From assembly GCA_013374855.1 (NCBI GenBank), contig CP055308.1, positions 16,358 through 80,357 on the forward strand: a DNA stretch of 64,000 bases. Direction: 5' to 3'. The DNA is from Candidatus Woesebacteria bacterium (GTDB lineage Bacteria; Patescibacteriota; Microgenomatia; UBA8517). The notes below the pieces were generated by a model that saw only the letters and a list, made by a program, of their open reading frames with translations, was not told the DNA's origin and did no database searches. The position numbers and the translations under genes are program-made. Positions within the stretch are counted from its first letter, which is position 1. Each line of letters begins with the position of its first letter. Below, one piece after another: positions 1 through 10,821 of this stretch.

Positions 1-598
1 CTTCGTTTTCTGGAGGAGAAACTCGAGGAATAACCTTAAGTGGCAACTTATCCTCTCCCCTTCTAACTATCAGGGAGACTTTCTCTCCCTTTTTTGAATC
101 AATATAAGAAACAAAAGATGAGGTATTGTCAATCAACTGACCATCTACACTTTCCAAAACATCATCCTTCAAGATACCAGCTTCTTGAGCAGGAGAACCG
201 GGCAAGACATCAATCACTCTAACAATTTTCGTATCCCTTGGGATGCCGGTAAAGAAATAGACAACAGAAAAAATAACAATCGCCAAAGCAAAATTCATCA
301 AAACCCCAGCTGTTACTACAAAGAGTCTCTGACCTTTAGACTTGAAAATAAAAGCTTTTTCCTTTTTAACTTTAGATGAGCTTTCCTCTCCATGCATCCT
401 CACAAAACCACCAAAAGGAAACCAGTTAAGAGAATAAATAGTACTACCAACTTTTTTACCAAAAATCCTAGGCGGAAGACCTAGACCAAACTCCTCAACC
501 CAAATACCAACTTTTTTAGCAGCCAAGAAATGACCCAGTTCATGGATTAAAATTAAAACGGAAAGAACTACTATAAAAGTTAAAATTGATATAAACAT
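1..598 (-). CDS. rseP: RseP-like site-2 protease (M50 with PDZ domain), N-terminal part. The gene runs off the window start.
   Basis: Minus-strand translation from ATG at 596-598 reads MFISILTF...IHELGHFLAAKKVGIWVEEFGLGLPP (HExxH) then a PDZ-like segment. It sits downstream of frr as in the conserved frr-(uppS-cdsA)-rseP arrangement. Absent from the ORF track because no stop lies inside the window. Confidence 0.8.
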   Translation of the reverse strand, partial: MFISILTFIVVLSVLILIHELGHFLAAKKVGIWVEEFGLGLPPRIFGKKVGSTIYSLNWFPFGGFVRMHGEESSSKVKKEKAFIFKSKGQRLFVVTAGVLMNFALAIVIFSVVYFFTGIPRDTKIVRVIDVLPGSPAQEAGILKDDVLESVDGQLIDNTSSFVSYIDSKKGEKVSLIVRRGEDKLPLKVIPRVSPPENE

Positions 599-1155
599 TA
601 TACTTGCATCAACTCCTCTTTCTTCCTCTCTCCAAGTTCATTAATAAGCCCAACAAACTCATCGGTTATTCCTTGAAGCCTTTTTTCCTGATCAAATTTA
701 TCGTCTTCCCCCATTTCTTTATTTTCAAAAGATTTTTGAATCTCCTTCATAAAATCACCTCTTATCTGACGTATCATTACTCTGCCAGCCTCAAGTTTGG
801 TTGAAACTAGCTTAAGATATTTCTCTCTGTCCTCACTTGTCATAGGCGGAACAACTATTCTTATTTTCTCTCCACTTATTATCGGATTTAAATTAATGCC
901 ACTTGTTAAAATTCCCTGCCTTATTTCACCAATTATTGATTTATCCCAAGGTTCAATCTCTAAAGTTTGGGCATCCAGAACACTAATTGTTGCAAGCTCC
1001 TGAACCTTTAGTCTTTGCTGCCCACCATAAACAGACACCATCAAATCAGACACCAATGATGGAGAAACTCGACCGGCACGAACAGAAGCAACATCAGAGG
1101 AAACTAAATCCAAAACAGCCTGCATTTTTGACCTAACAGCTTTTTCGTCAAGCAT
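598..1155 (-). CDS. frr: ribosome recycling factor
   Basis: 185 aa with full-length similarity to the RRF family (…VRAGRVSPSLVSDLMVSVYG…IRQIRGD…). Confidence 0.95.
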   Translation of the reverse strand: MLDEKAVRSKMQAVLDLVSSDVASVRAGRVSPSLVSDLMVSVYGGQQRLKVQELATISVLDAQTLEIEPWDKSIIGEIRQGILTSGINLNPIISGEKIRIVVPPMTSEDREKYLKLVSTKLEAGRVMIRQIRGDFMKEIQKSFENKEMGEDDKFDQEKRLQGITDEFVGLINELGERKKEELMQV

Positions 1156-1172
1156 TACTTTTTATTTTATTA

Positions 1173-1634
1173 TTATTCCTTACCCAATTCCAGACGAACT
1201 ATTCTACCAACCCTTACATTTTCTCCTGTTTTTGCTATAACTTCCCTTATTAAATCAGAGACTTTCTTTGAAGGATCCTTTATAAAATCCTGAGACAAAA
1301 GGTCGTCAACATCTTTCGGCGACATGGAAGCAACCTGCATTGCCAGATCATACGCTAAATCCTGAAAAAGCTCGTTCCTGGCAACAAAATCTGTCTCGCA
1401 CAAAAGTTCCACCAGACCAGCTATTTTTTTTGAATGATGAACATAAGAAGAAATAACCCCCTGACTTGTAGTTCTGTCTGCTCTTTTTTCGGCTTTTTCA
1501 AAACCCTCCTCTTTCAGAATAATAGAAGCCTTTTCAACATCACCATTGCATTCTTCCAGAACCTTTTTAACCCTCATCACTGGAGCACCTGTTTCTTCTC
1601 TTAACCTTCTGATAAGATCAAAGTCTATTTTCAT
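1173..1634 (-). CDS. tsf: elongation factor Ts (short form)
   Basis: 153 aa. N-terminal UBA-like EF-Ts motif (IRRLREETGAPVMRVKKVLEECNGDVEKA) and position between rpsB and frr. Confidence 0.9.
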   Translation of the reverse strand: MKIDFDLIRRLREETGAPVMRVKKVLEECNGDVEKASIILKEEGFEKAEKRADRTTSQGVISSYVHHSKKIAGLVELLCETDFVARNELFQDLAYDLAMQVASMSPKDVDDLLSQDFIKDPSKKVSDLIREVIAKTGENVRVGRIVRLELGKE

Positions 1635-2350
1635 TCTATTTCTAATTTCTTACCGGATTTAGCAAGCAATACTACCTCAGAAAGTAAATCAAAAACATAA
1701 GAAATAGCCTCAATTGAATCATCATTCATGGGAATGGGGTAATCAACTAAAGATGGGTCAGAATTGCTGTCAACTATAGCAATTGTGGAAACTCCAGTTT
1801 TCGCCGCCTCACTCAAGGCAGTCTTTTCTCTTTTTGTATCGACAATAAACAAGATATCAGGTCTATTCTCAATCCCTTGCAATCCCCCCAAAAACCTCTC
1901 TAATCTTTCTAATTCCCTTTGTAACAGAAGCCTTTCTTTCTTTGTGTAATCCTTTAAAAGACCGCTCTCAAGCTTTTCTTTCAAATCTTTCATCTTGCCA
2001 AGTGATTTTTTGATCTGATCAAAATTGGTAAGTGTCCCACCAAGCCACCTTTGATTTACATAATAAACTCCACATTTCTCTGCAATTTCTTTAGTTTTTT
2101 CAGCCAATTGTTTTTTTGTGCATACCAACAAAATAGATTTACCCTCAGAAACAGCTTCCGATATAAAAAGAAAAGCATCTTTCAGAAGATCTTTTGTCTT
2201 TATTAAATCAAAAATATGAACACCTTCCTGCTCTCCATACAAGTATTCCTTTATCTTAGGATTCCACCGCCTTGATTGATGACCAAGATGGGCTCCAAAT
2301 TCTGCCAGCTTCTCTATTGATATTTGTAATTTATTTTTTGTTTTCATCAC
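1631..2350 (-). CDS. rpsB: 30S ribosomal protein S2
   Basis: 239 aa with S2 family signature (FGAHLGHQSRRWNPKIKEYLYGEQEGVHIFDL); rpsB-tsf pairing. Confidence 0.95.
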   Translation of the reverse strand: MMKTKNKLQISIEKLAEFGAHLGHQSRRWNPKIKEYLYGEQEGVHIFDLIKTKDLLKDAFLFISEAVSEGKSILLVCTKKQLAEKTKEIAEKCGVYYVNQRWLGGTLTNFDQIKKSLGKMKDLKEKLESGLLKDYTKKERLLLQRELERLERFLGGLQGIENRPDILFIVDTKREKTALSEAAKTGVSTIAIVDSNSDPSLVDYPIPMNDDSIEAISYVFDLLSEVVLLAKSGKKLEIE

Positions 2351-2384
2351 AACCTAGCAATATTATCAATTTGCAATAAACTTA

Positions 2385-3206
2385 TCAAGAAGTATTCTTC
2401 TCTAAAGCACCAAAAAGATTCTCCATTAAAAAATAAACTGTCAAAGGGCCCACTCCACCAGGAACCGGTGAAATAAAAGCAGCCTTATCGACAACATCCC
2501 TTTTTACATCGGGCTTTGGATAACCCAAATCGATGACTACAGCACCGCTTTTGATATCTTTGACCCCCAAAACACTGGGGGTGCCTGTTGCCGAAACAAC
2601 CACATCTGCAGTTTTAATCAATCTCCTCTTAACCACACTTCCTCTGTCAACACCAAAGACTCTAAAGCCTTCTCTACGAAGCAGGTCAACAATTTTACCT
2701 CCCTCAAACCCCCTAGACCCTATAACAACCACCTTGTAGGGAGCCTCCTTCAATGGTAGTCGCACAATATTGGCAGAATAGTTTACCACCTCTAAAACTG
2801 CAAGAGCAGCTGGATTCTCAAAAAAAGAATTACTTCCCATACCATCAACATCTTTAGCAGGATCTATTTTATTAACCAGAAAATCACGATCACCAGCAGA
2901 AAAACAAGAAGGTAGTGGCAATTGAATCATAATTCCATGTACATCCTTATTTTTATTCAACTTATCAATAAAAGCAGCTAATTCTTCTATCTTTGCATCC
3001 TTACCAAACTCATATACAGAAAGATTACCACCCAAACTCTCCAGCACCCTTTTCTTTAGATTAGTGTAAAAAAGACTTGCCTTATCAGGAAATACAAGAA
3101 TAGAAGCAAGATGAGGAGATGGCTTTGTTTTAAATTTTCCTATTTTTTCCTTAAGCTTATCAATTTTTTGAGAAAAATAACTTCTACCATCAAAAATAAA
3201 TACCAT
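2385..3206 (-). CDS. folD: bifunctional methylenetetrahydrofolate dehydrogenase / methenyl-THF cyclohydrolase
   Basis: 273 aa; FolD motifs (VVIGSRGFEGGKIVDLL…SPVPGGVGPLTV). Confidence 0.9.
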   Translation of the reverse strand: MVFIFDGRSYFSQKIDKLKEKIGKFKTKPSPHLASILVFPDKASLFYTNLKKRVLESLGGNLSVYEFGKDAKIEELAAFIDKLNKNKDVHGIMIQLPLPSCFSAGDRDFLVNKIDPAKDVDGMGSNSFFENPAALAVLEVVNYSANIVRLPLKEAPYKVVVIGSRGFEGGKIVDLLRREGFRVFGVDRGSVVKRRLIKTADVVVSATGTPSVLGVKDIKSGAVVIDLGYPKPDVKRDVVDKAAFISPVPGGVGPLTVYFLMENLFGALEKNTS

Positions 3207-3367
3207 AAATTATAATTGCTAATTCTAGATTATGAATCAAATTTATACAAGACTACAAAAAAACACCAAATTTCAGATTCCAACAAACAACAATGTTTAG
3301 AAAACGAAAAAAATTCTAGAACAAATGACCATAGAGATTTATTACTCAAGAAGAAGCCAAAAATAAT

Positions 3368-4678
3368 TCAAAAATCAACTGGAAATTCACTGCAAAGTTT
3401 CCTAACTTCCTTCGCAATATTCAAGAGGAATCTATCTTTCCTTATCCTATCCCTAAATCTTTTTAAAAATTCAGATCTTTCCTTAGGTCTTTCTGGCAAT
3501 TTGTGAGGTTTAACATAACCAACTACCTTTGTAATCAAGCCAGCAATTAATTCCATTTCTTTTTCTTTCATTCCCCTTGTCGTCAATGCTGGTGTGCCAA
3601 GACGAATCCCCGAAGGATAAAAAGGAGGCATTGTATCATTTGGAACAGAATTCCTGTTAACAATAATACCAGCTACCTCAAGTGATTCGGCAACCACATT
3701 TCCAGAAAGCCCAATCGGTCTTAAATCAACCACCATAAGATGACTTTCAGTTCCACCACTAACAAGCTTCAGACCTCCATTCTTCAATCCCTTAGCTAAA
3801 ACCTTTGCATTATTAACAACCTGTAAGGCGTATTTTCTAAATTTAGAGCTATCTGCTTCAATCAAAGCTTGTAGGATCCCCGCTGTTGTATTGTTGTGAG
3901 GTCCACCCTGAAGACCAGGAAAAACAGCCCTATCAATTTTAGAAGCAACACCAGCATCTTTAACCAAACCTTTCTTTGTAACCATAACCATAGCTCCTCT
4001 AGGTCCCCTTAATGTCTTATGTGTTGTTGTTGTAATAATATGAGCAAATTCAACAGGAGACGGATAAACACCAGCCAGAACCAGACCGCTAACATGAGAT
4101 ATATCAGCCACAAACCAAGCTTCAATTTTATCTGCAATTTGTGCAAAACGTTTCCAATTAATAATAAGAGGATAGGAGGTTGTACCAATTATTATCAACT
4201 TAGGCTTAATTTTCAAAATCAGCTTCTCTGCTTCATCATAATCTATAACACCATTATCATCCGTCCCAAATTGATAAGACTTAAAAAACTTCCCAGAAAA
4301 AGTAATATCAGGATGCCCATGAGTCAAATGCCCTCCGGATGATAACTTAAGACTTGAAATTCTATCTCCACGATTTAAAAGAGCAAATAATACTGCATCA
4401 TTGGCAGGAGAACCAGAATAAGGCTGAACATTAACATGCTCTACCTCAAAAAGCTTCTTGGCTAAATCAACCGCCGCTTTTTCAATCCTATCAACAATCT
4501 CATTTCCCTGATAATACCTCTTACCAGGATAGCCTTCAGAATATTTATTCATCAAGACAGAACCAACAGCTTCTCTTACCGCCCTTGAGGTGTAATTTTC
4601 AGAAGGAATCATCATCAAAGTTTCCTTTTGCCTTTTTTCCTCTTGTTTTATAAGTTCCGATAAACTAATTCTTTTCAT
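3368..4678 (-). CDS. glyA: serine hydroxymethyltransferase
   Basis: 436 aa; PLP-lysine region TTTTHKTLRGPRGAMV and GGHLTHGHP motif. Confidence 0.95.
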   Translation of the reverse strand: MKRISLSELIKQEEKRQKETLMMIPSENYTSRAVREAVGSVLMNKYSEGYPGKRYYQGNEIVDRIEKAAVDLAKKLFEVEHVNVQPYSGSPANDAVLFALLNRGDRISSLKLSSGGHLTHGHPDITFSGKFFKSYQFGTDDNGVIDYDEAEKLILKIKPKLIIIGTTSYPLIINWKRFAQIADKIEAWFVADISHVSGLVLAGVYPSPVEFAHIITTTTHKTLRGPRGAMVMVTKKGLVKDAGVASKIDRAVFPGLQGGPHNNTTAGILQALIEADSSKFRKYALQVVNNAKVLAKGLKNGGLKLVSGGTESHLMVVDLRPIGLSGNVVAESLEVAGIIVNRNSVPNDTMPPFYPSGIRLGTPALTTRGMKEKEMELIAGLITKVVGYVKPHKLPERPKERSEFLKRFRDRIRKDRFLLNIAKEVRKLCSEFPVDF

Positions 4679-4924
4679 ATAAGAAAACCTTTAAAATTAA
4701 CTTAAACATAGCTACCATCTCCTCTGTATTCATCAAACACTATTGGAGGCGTAACCATTTGCATTGCTCCTCCCAGAGTCTTTCCAAAAAACCAGATTAG
4801 ACACATCAAAACTCAAAATCCAAAAATAAGACTTAAAACTTATCACAAAATTTTTTTAATTTTGAGTCTTAACTTTTGAATCATTCTCAAATCCTCTATT
4901 CTCTCCAAATAAGCCGTCTTCATT

Positions 4925-6898
4925 TTAGTTCCTAGGCATTTTCCAAGAAGCCCACTTACAATCAGGGTAGCGGGAACATCCATAAAACCTCTTGCCTTTT
5001 CCTGTTTTTTTCACCACAACTTCACCTTTTTGGCATTCAGGACAGAAAATTCCCACTCTTTCCACATACTTTTCCCTGTACTTACACTCTGGAAAATTTG
5101 AACAAGAAATAAACTTACCAAACCTTCCTATTCTTACAACCAATTCCCCTTTCCCACATTCTGGACAATTTCTACCGACTTTTTCTGTTTCTATCTTCAC
5201 TCTTGTAGAATTTGCTTCAACTTCAGAAAGAACCTTACTGAAAGAATCCCAAAAAAGAGAGATAAGTTTATGCCACTCAACCTTCCCTCTTGCAACCTCA
5301 TCAAGACCTTCTTCCATTTTTGCAGTAAAACTATAATCAAAAGTATCCTTAAAATTTGGAATCAAAAAATCATTAACTGCTATCCCAACTTTTGTAGGGA
5401 AAAACTTACCATCTCTCTTTTCAACATAATTTCTAAGTTGAATTGTACTTATAATGGGAGCATAAGTAGAAGGTCTTCCTATACCTAATTTTTCAAGAGT
5501 TTTTATCAAAGATGCCTCATTATAGCGAGATGGTGGCTGAGTAAAGTTCTGCACTGCTTCTGGTTCAATCAAAAAAACCTCATCCTCTTTTGATAAATCA
5601 GGAATAAAGATATCTTCTTCTTTCGGTTTATTTGAATAAACTGAAAGCCAGCCGTCAAACTTAAGCTTTAATCCAGACAACAAAAAATAAAACCTATCAG
5701 AATCATTTAAACCTTCTATATTAACTTTAGTTTCATTATAAATAGCATCCGACATTTGGCATGCAACAAAACGCTTCCAGATAAGATCATAAAGCCTATG
5801 AAGATCAGGTTCCAACTCAAGATCTTTAGAATAAGGCTTTAAAAATACATCAGTAGGTCTTATTGCTTCGTGAGCTTCTTGAGCTGATTTTACTTTCTTC
5901 TTAAAAAAATGGGGTACAGACGGAAGATATTGACTACCAAAATCTCGAACAATAATATCACGAACCCTCTCCAAAGCAGTCTGTGCAATATTAACAGAAT
6001 CGGTTCTGTGATATGTGATCAATCCCTTCTCATAAAGCCTTTGAGCTACTGTCATAGTTCTCTTAGAAGACCAATAATAAAGATTTGCCGCCTTTTGTGT
6101 CATAGTAGAAGTAGTAAAGGGAGGCGGAGCTTTTTTTCTAACTTCTTTTTTTGCAATATCCGAAACTAAAAAACTAGCTTTTTTAATTTTTTCTAAAATA
6201 AAATATGCTTCTTCTCTACTTGAGATTTTCGGCTTATTACCGTTCATTTTAATCAATTTAGCTTTAAAAGTATCTCTTTTCTCCCGTTTTTTCGAAAAAA
6301 CCGCAAATATTTCCCAATATTCCTCTGGTCTAAAGGTTTCTATTTCTCTTTCTCTTTCAACAATAAGTCTAACTGCTACGGTTTGAACTCTACCCGCAGA
6401 CAAACCTCTTCTAACTTTTTTCCAAAGCAGTGGAGATAGTTTATATCCAACCAATCTGTCCAAAACTCTTCTTGCTGTTTGAGCATAAACAAGCTTTTTA
6501 TTTATGTCCCCAGGCTTTTTTAAAGATTCAAAAATAGCATCTTTTGTTATCTCATGAAAAGTAATCCTCTTAATTTTATCTTTCTTATATTTAGCCTTAT
6601 CCAAAATAATCTCTGCTATATGAGAAGCTATCGCCTCCCCCTCTCTATCTGGGTCTGTAGCAAGAAATATAAAACCATCATTTATCGATTTTAAACTCTT
6701 AATTATTTCATCTAAAATCTTTTCTTTCTTCTCAACTATTCGAAAATCCGGCTCAAAATTATTTTCTATATCAACTCCCAAAACATTTTTCGGCAAGTCT
6801 TTAACATGACCCATTGAAGCCTTTATAAGATAGTCTCCTCCTAAAAACTTACTTAAAGTTTTAGCTTTGGTTGGACTTTCAACTATTATCAAATTCAT
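4925..6898 (-). CDS. topA: DNA topoisomerase I with C-terminal zinc ribbons
   Basis: 657 aa; TOPRIM N-terminus MNLIIVESPTKAKTLSKFLG, C-terminal CPECGKGELV… / CPECQKGE… zinc fingers. Confidence 0.95.
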   Translation of the reverse strand: MNLIIVESPTKAKTLSKFLGGDYLIKASMGHVKDLPKNVLGVDIENNFEPDFRIVEKKEKILDEIIKSLKSINDGFIFLATDPDREGEAIASHIAEIILDKAKYKKDKIKRITFHEITKDAIFESLKKPGDINKKLVYAQTARRVLDRLVGYKLSPLLWKKVRRGLSAGRVQTVAVRLIVEREREIETFRPEEYWEIFAVFSKKREKRDTFKAKLIKMNGNKPKISSREEAYFILEKIKKASFLVSDIAKKEVRKKAPPPFTTSTMTQKAANLYYWSSKRTMTVAQRLYEKGLITYHRTDSVNIAQTALERVRDIIVRDFGSQYLPSVPHFFKKKVKSAQEAHEAIRPTDVFLKPYSKDLELEPDLHRLYDLIWKRFVACQMSDAIYNETKVNIEGLNDSDRFYFLLSGLKLKFDGWLSVYSNKPKEEDIFIPDLSKEDEVFLIEPEAVQNFTQPPSRYNEASLIKTLEKLGIGRPSTYAPIISTIQLRNYVEKRDGKFFPTKVGIAVNDFLIPNFKDTFDYSFTAKMEEGLDEVARGKVEWHKLISLFWDSFSKVLSEVEANSTRVKIETEKVGRNCPECGKGELVVRIGRFGKFISCSNFPECKYREKYVERVGIFCPECQKGEVVVKKTGKGKRFYGCSRYPDCKWASWKMPRN

Positions 6899-7998
6899 AT
6901 TCTCTTATAACTTCCTCCCCCCAAACTTTTAACCAAACCCTTTATTTCCATAAGCGAAAGTTTAGCTGAAATCAAAGAAACTTCCAACCCCAAAATTCTG
7001 GAAATCTCATCAAGATGCAGAGATTCCCTAGATATAATCTCAAGTATCTTGCTTTCCACTTCATCTGTCGGAGCTACTTTCAAAGCTTTATTTTTATCCA
7101 ATCTAAACTGCAAATCCAATTCTTCCAGAACATCAGCAGGAGAAAATGCTATTCTCGCACCATTTTTAATCAAAAATTCAGAAGCTCCAGACATTGGAGA
7201 GGTAATTTGGCCAGGAACTGCAAAAACAACTCTTCCTTGTTCAGCAGCATGACTTGCTGTTAATAATGTTCCACTTTTCTTTTCGCCTTCTACAACAAGA
7301 ACAGCTTTCGAAAGTCCAGATATTATTCTATTGCGAAAAGCAAAATTAGGTCGCAAGGCTGGATATCCTAAGGGGAATTCAGAAACCAAAGCACCGTTTT
7401 TTGCTATTTCCAAAGCTAGCATTCTGTTTTCCGGAGGATAAATAACATCAATACCTGATCCCAAGACTGCTATTGTCCTTCCACCTGACTCAAGAGCTAT
7501 TTTGTGAGCAATAGTATCAATACCGCGAGCCAATCCTGAAACTATAGTAATACCAACATTTGAAAATTCCGAAGAGAAAACTTCAGTCACTTCTTTTCCA
7601 TAAGATGTCATTTTGCGGGAACCAACTATAGCTATCGCATTGCAATCCTCATCTTGTATCTCTCCTAAAACATAAATAACCAAAGGTGCCGAATCTATTT
7701 CCAGTAAATTTTTAGGGTAATCACTATCAGATTTGACAAAAACTTTAATTTTCAATTTATCTAACTTCCCTAAGTACTCCCGAGGAGAAAATTTTTTTCT
7801 ATAACAATCAAAATCAAAGACCAGTTTATCTCTCAATCCCACAGAAACCAAAGAAGAATTACTAGCATCCCAGACCTTCTTGGCACTACCAAAATAAGAG
7901 AGCAGAAGTGAAAGACGAGCCGGTCCAAAAGGAAAAAATGAAGAAAGACAAATTAGATATTCTCTCTCTGTCATTGAGCAGTTTTTTCTGAAAACCAA
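6895..7998 (-). CDS. dprA: DNA processing protein A (Smf/DprA)
   Basis: 367 aa; DprA Rossmann core GLARGIDTIAHKIALESGGRTIAVLGSGIDVIYPPEN. Confidence 0.9.
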   Translation of the reverse strand: MVFRKNCSMTEREYLICLSSFFPFGPARLSLLLSYFGSAKKVWDASNSSLVSVGLRDKLVFDFDCYRKKFSPREYLGKLDKLKIKVFVKSDSDYPKNLLEIDSAPLVIYVLGEIQDEDCNAIAIVGSRKMTSYGKEVTEVFSSEFSNVGITIVSGLARGIDTIAHKIALESGGRTIAVLGSGIDVIYPPENRMLALEIAKNGALVSEFPLGYPALRPNFAFRNRIISGLSKAVLVVEGEKKSGTLLTASHAAEQGRVVFAVPGQITSPMSGASEFLIKNGARIAFSPADVLEELDLQFRLDKNKALKVAPTDEVESKILEIISRESLHLDEISRILGLEVSLISAKLSLMEIKGLVKSLGGGSYKRI

Positions 7999-9599
7999 AA
8001 ATCAGCAATTTTGCGAGCAATTGGACCTGCCACCCTTGAACCTTCCCCGCCCTCTTCAACAAAAACAGTAGCGACGATCTGAGGATCATCAGTTGGAGCA
8101 AAAAAAGTAAACCAAGCATGATTAGTTTCTTTCTTACCTGTTTCTGCTGTTCCAGTTTTACAAGCCACCCTAATCGGAAAGTCAAAAAAAGTAGAACCCG
8201 TTCCACCAGGAGAACAAGCACCAATCATCCCTTCCCTAACCAGCTCCAAACTTTCTTTCCTAATACCCAAATCTCGACATCCTAGCTCTCCAACAAAATG
8301 TGGTCTACATAGCTTTCCACCATTAGCAATAGCAGCAATCGCGGTATTTATTCCTATCACTGTTGTAGAAAGATCTCCCTGACCAATAGAAAAGTGGTAG
8401 GTATTGCCCAAAAACCAGCTTTCCCCTTTTTCCTTCAGTTTCCATGCCGGAGTTGGAACTAATCCTTCCACCTCTCCAACAATATCTACCCCAGTCTTTT
8501 TATCAAGACCAAACTTCCTAGACCAAGCAACAATATTTTCAATCCCCAAAAGCTCTCCCACCTTGTAAAAAAAGGTATCAGTAGACCTCGCTAAAGCTCT
8601 AGTCAAATTTATTTCCCCTTCAGTTCTCCCATACTGGGTGAAGTACCAATTACGATAAGAAAACAATCCATATGGCGTTTCTATTGTAACCTGACCAGTA
8701 TCCAAATAGCGAAAATTTCTATCTACTTTACCCTCCTCAAGAGCAGCTACTGAAATCAATGGCTTAAACACAGACCCCGGATGATAAATACCGGCAACAA
8801 CCCTGTTAAACAAAGGCTGATTTTTATCCTTTAAAATAGATTCAAGTTTCTTTGTGTCCTTTAAAATAAAAGTGTTAGGGTCAAAAGAAGGAGAAGAATA
8901 AAAAGCAAGAATTTCACCATTTTTATCAGTAACCACCACTGCTCCTTTTAAATCTTTAAAAAGAGATGAAACTTGCTCCTGCAACTTGTAATCAACAGTA
9001 GTTTTTAAATCCTTGCCTTTCTGCGGCTCCTTTTTGCCCAAAAGACGAACTTTTTCCCCTCTTGTGTCTACTTCAATTAAAAGCTCCCCATCCTTTCCGC
9101 GCAACAAACAATCATAATATTGTTCCAAACCACCACGACCAATGATATCACCCGACTTTAATAAACCTAGAGTCTTGCAATAATCATAAGATTTACCCAA
9201 TTCTTCTGTAAAAACCTCGCTAACATATCCTGTTATATGAGCTGCTTTCTCTGAAAGCGGGTAGTGCCTTTGCCATTCTATTATTTTCTCCGCATTATTC
9301 AAATCAACATCATCTCCTTTTTCAGTCTTTATATAACCTAAGTGAGGATCAAAAACCACAAATTTATCAACTGACAGGCTTGTTGCCAAGACTTCCCCAC
9401 CCCGAGCCAAAATTTTTCCCCTTTCCGCAGAAATAAGCACTCTCCTTAAGCTGTTATTCTTAGCCAATGTGCGATAATACTCTCCTTTTATTACCTGCAA
9501 TTCCAGAGTTCTACCCAAAATAACTGCCAAAAAAACAAAAAGCAAAGTCCTATAAAACCAGACAAGCCAAAAGGAATCTTCTTTTTTATATTCAAACAT
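7971..9599 (-). CDS. penicillin-binding protein 2-type transpeptidase (likely the elongasome PBP, given the adjacent mreB)
   Basis: 542 aa; N-terminal TM helix, PBP dimerisation region, SxxK (GSVFKP) active-site motif. Confidence 0.85.
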   Translation of the reverse strand: MFEYKKEDSFWLVWFYRTLLFVFLAVILGRTLELQVIKGEYYRTLAKNNSLRRVLISAERGKILARGGEVLATSLSVDKFVVFDPHLGYIKTEKGDDVDLNNAEKIIEWQRHYPLSEKAAHITGYVSEVFTEELGKSYDYCKTLGLLKSGDIIGRGGLEQYYDCLLRGKDGELLIEVDTRGEKVRLLGKKEPQKGKDLKTTVDYKLQEQVSSLFKDLKGAVVVTDKNGEILAFYSSPSFDPNTFILKDTKKLESILKDKNQPLFNRVVAGIYHPGSVFKPLISVAALEEGKVDRNFRYLDTGQVTIETPYGLFSYRNWYFTQYGRTEGEINLTRALARSTDTFFYKVGELLGIENIVAWSRKFGLDKKTGVDIVGEVEGLVPTPAWKLKEKGESWFLGNTYHFSIGQGDLSTTVIGINTAIAAIANGGKLCRPHFVGELGCRDLGIRKESLELVREGMIGACSPGGTGSTFFDFPIRVACKTGTAETGKKETNHAWFTFFAPTDDPQIVATVFVEEGGEGSRVAGPIARKIADFWFSEKTAQ

Positions 9600-9603
9600 T
9601 GCA

Positions 9604-10719
9604 TTATGTTAATCCCCTTGTTAACCTCACCTTAAAAAGAAGAGCAACATCTTCCAATAACTTCCCACAACCTCTGACAACAGCACTTAGAGGATCATCA
9701 ACAATATTAACCGGTATATTTACTGAGTCTCTAACTAATTTATCTATACCCTCAAGAAGAGCCCCGCCACCCGCTAGATAAATTCCACTTTGCATGACAT
9801 CAGCCACAAGTTCAGGCGGAGTTTCCTCCAAAACATCAGATATATTTTTTACAATCTCATTCACTATTGGCAAAATTGCTTCTCTAACCTCAAAACTAGA
9901 AAGCTTTACAGATCTTGGCAAACCCTTCTCTAAATCTCTTCCTCTGACCACAAAAAACTTTTCTTTTTCAGAAAAACAACTCCCAATAGACATTTTCGCC
10001 TCCTCTGCCGTTGTTTCTCCTAAAAGAAGAGAGTATTTTAGCCTAACATAATTAACTATTGCCTCATTCATTTCATCACCTGCTATTCTTATTGATCTTC
10101 CCAAGACAATCCCACCTAAAGAAATAACAGCAATTTCTGTTGTTCCCCCACCAATATCTACAATAAAAACTCCCTCTGGAGAGTCAACAGGTAATCCTGC
10201 ACCCACTGCTGCTGCCAGTGGTTCTTCAACTAGATGGACTTCTCTTGCCCCTGAAGACAAAGCAGCATCAGAAACCGCCCGACGCTCAACTTCTGTTACG
10301 CCCGACGGAATTCCTATAACTACTCTTGGACGTGGAATTCTAGGAATAGCTCCACCTGATTCATGAACTTTTTTGATATAAAAAGAGAGCATGCTCTCAG
10401 TTGCATCAAAATCAGAAATCACACCATCTTTTAATGGTCTCACAACTTCTATTGTTTTAGGAGCCTTACCCAACATTTTCCGAGCAGCACTACCTATCGC
10501 TAGTATCTCCTTGGTTTTCTTATTCCTTGCCACCACAGAAGGCTCTCTTATTAAAATTCCTTTACCACGCACCCAAACCAAAGTATTCGCCGTACCAAGA
10601 TCGATACCAACATCCAAAGACAAAGATGACAAAAGACGGCCAAAGACAAACCCACTAAAGAAAAGTTTGGGGTTAAATTCCTCAAGCTTAAGTTTTAATC
10701 TGTTAAGCTGCTTTCTCAT
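9604..10719 (-). CDS. mreB: rod-shape protein MreB paralog 1 with a short N-terminal extension
   Basis: Actin-fold motifs IDLGTANTLVWV…DIGGGTTEIAV. The ORF can extend to 10833, but that would overlap the divergent gene at 10822, so the internal Met (MRKQLNRL…) at 10719 is preferred. Confidence 0.85.
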   Translation of the reverse strand: MRKQLNRLKLKLEEFNPKLFFSGFVFGRLLSSLSLDVGIDLGTANTLVWVRGKGILIREPSVVARNKKTKEILAIGSAARKMLGKAPKTIEVVRPLKDGVISDFDATESMLSFYIKKVHESGGAIPRIPRPRVVIGIPSGVTEVERRAVSDAALSSGAREVHLVEEPLAAAVGAGLPVDSPEGVFIVDIGGGTTEIAVISLGGIVLGRSIRIAGDEMNEAIVNYVRLKYSLLLGETTAEEAKMSIGSCFSEKEKFFVVRGRDLEKGLPRSVKLSSFEVREAILPIVNEIVKNISDVLEETPPELVADVMQSGIYLAGGGALLEGIDKLVRDSVNIPVNIVDDPLSAVVRGCGKLLEDVALLFKVRLTRGLT

Positions 10720-10821
10720 TTTGTCATTTTGGCTAAAGTATATCTTTTCTCTAAAACAATTCAAAGTGGATTTGCACTTCAAAAGATTGCCATTCCAACT
10801 ACCAGATGTTAAATTATTGTT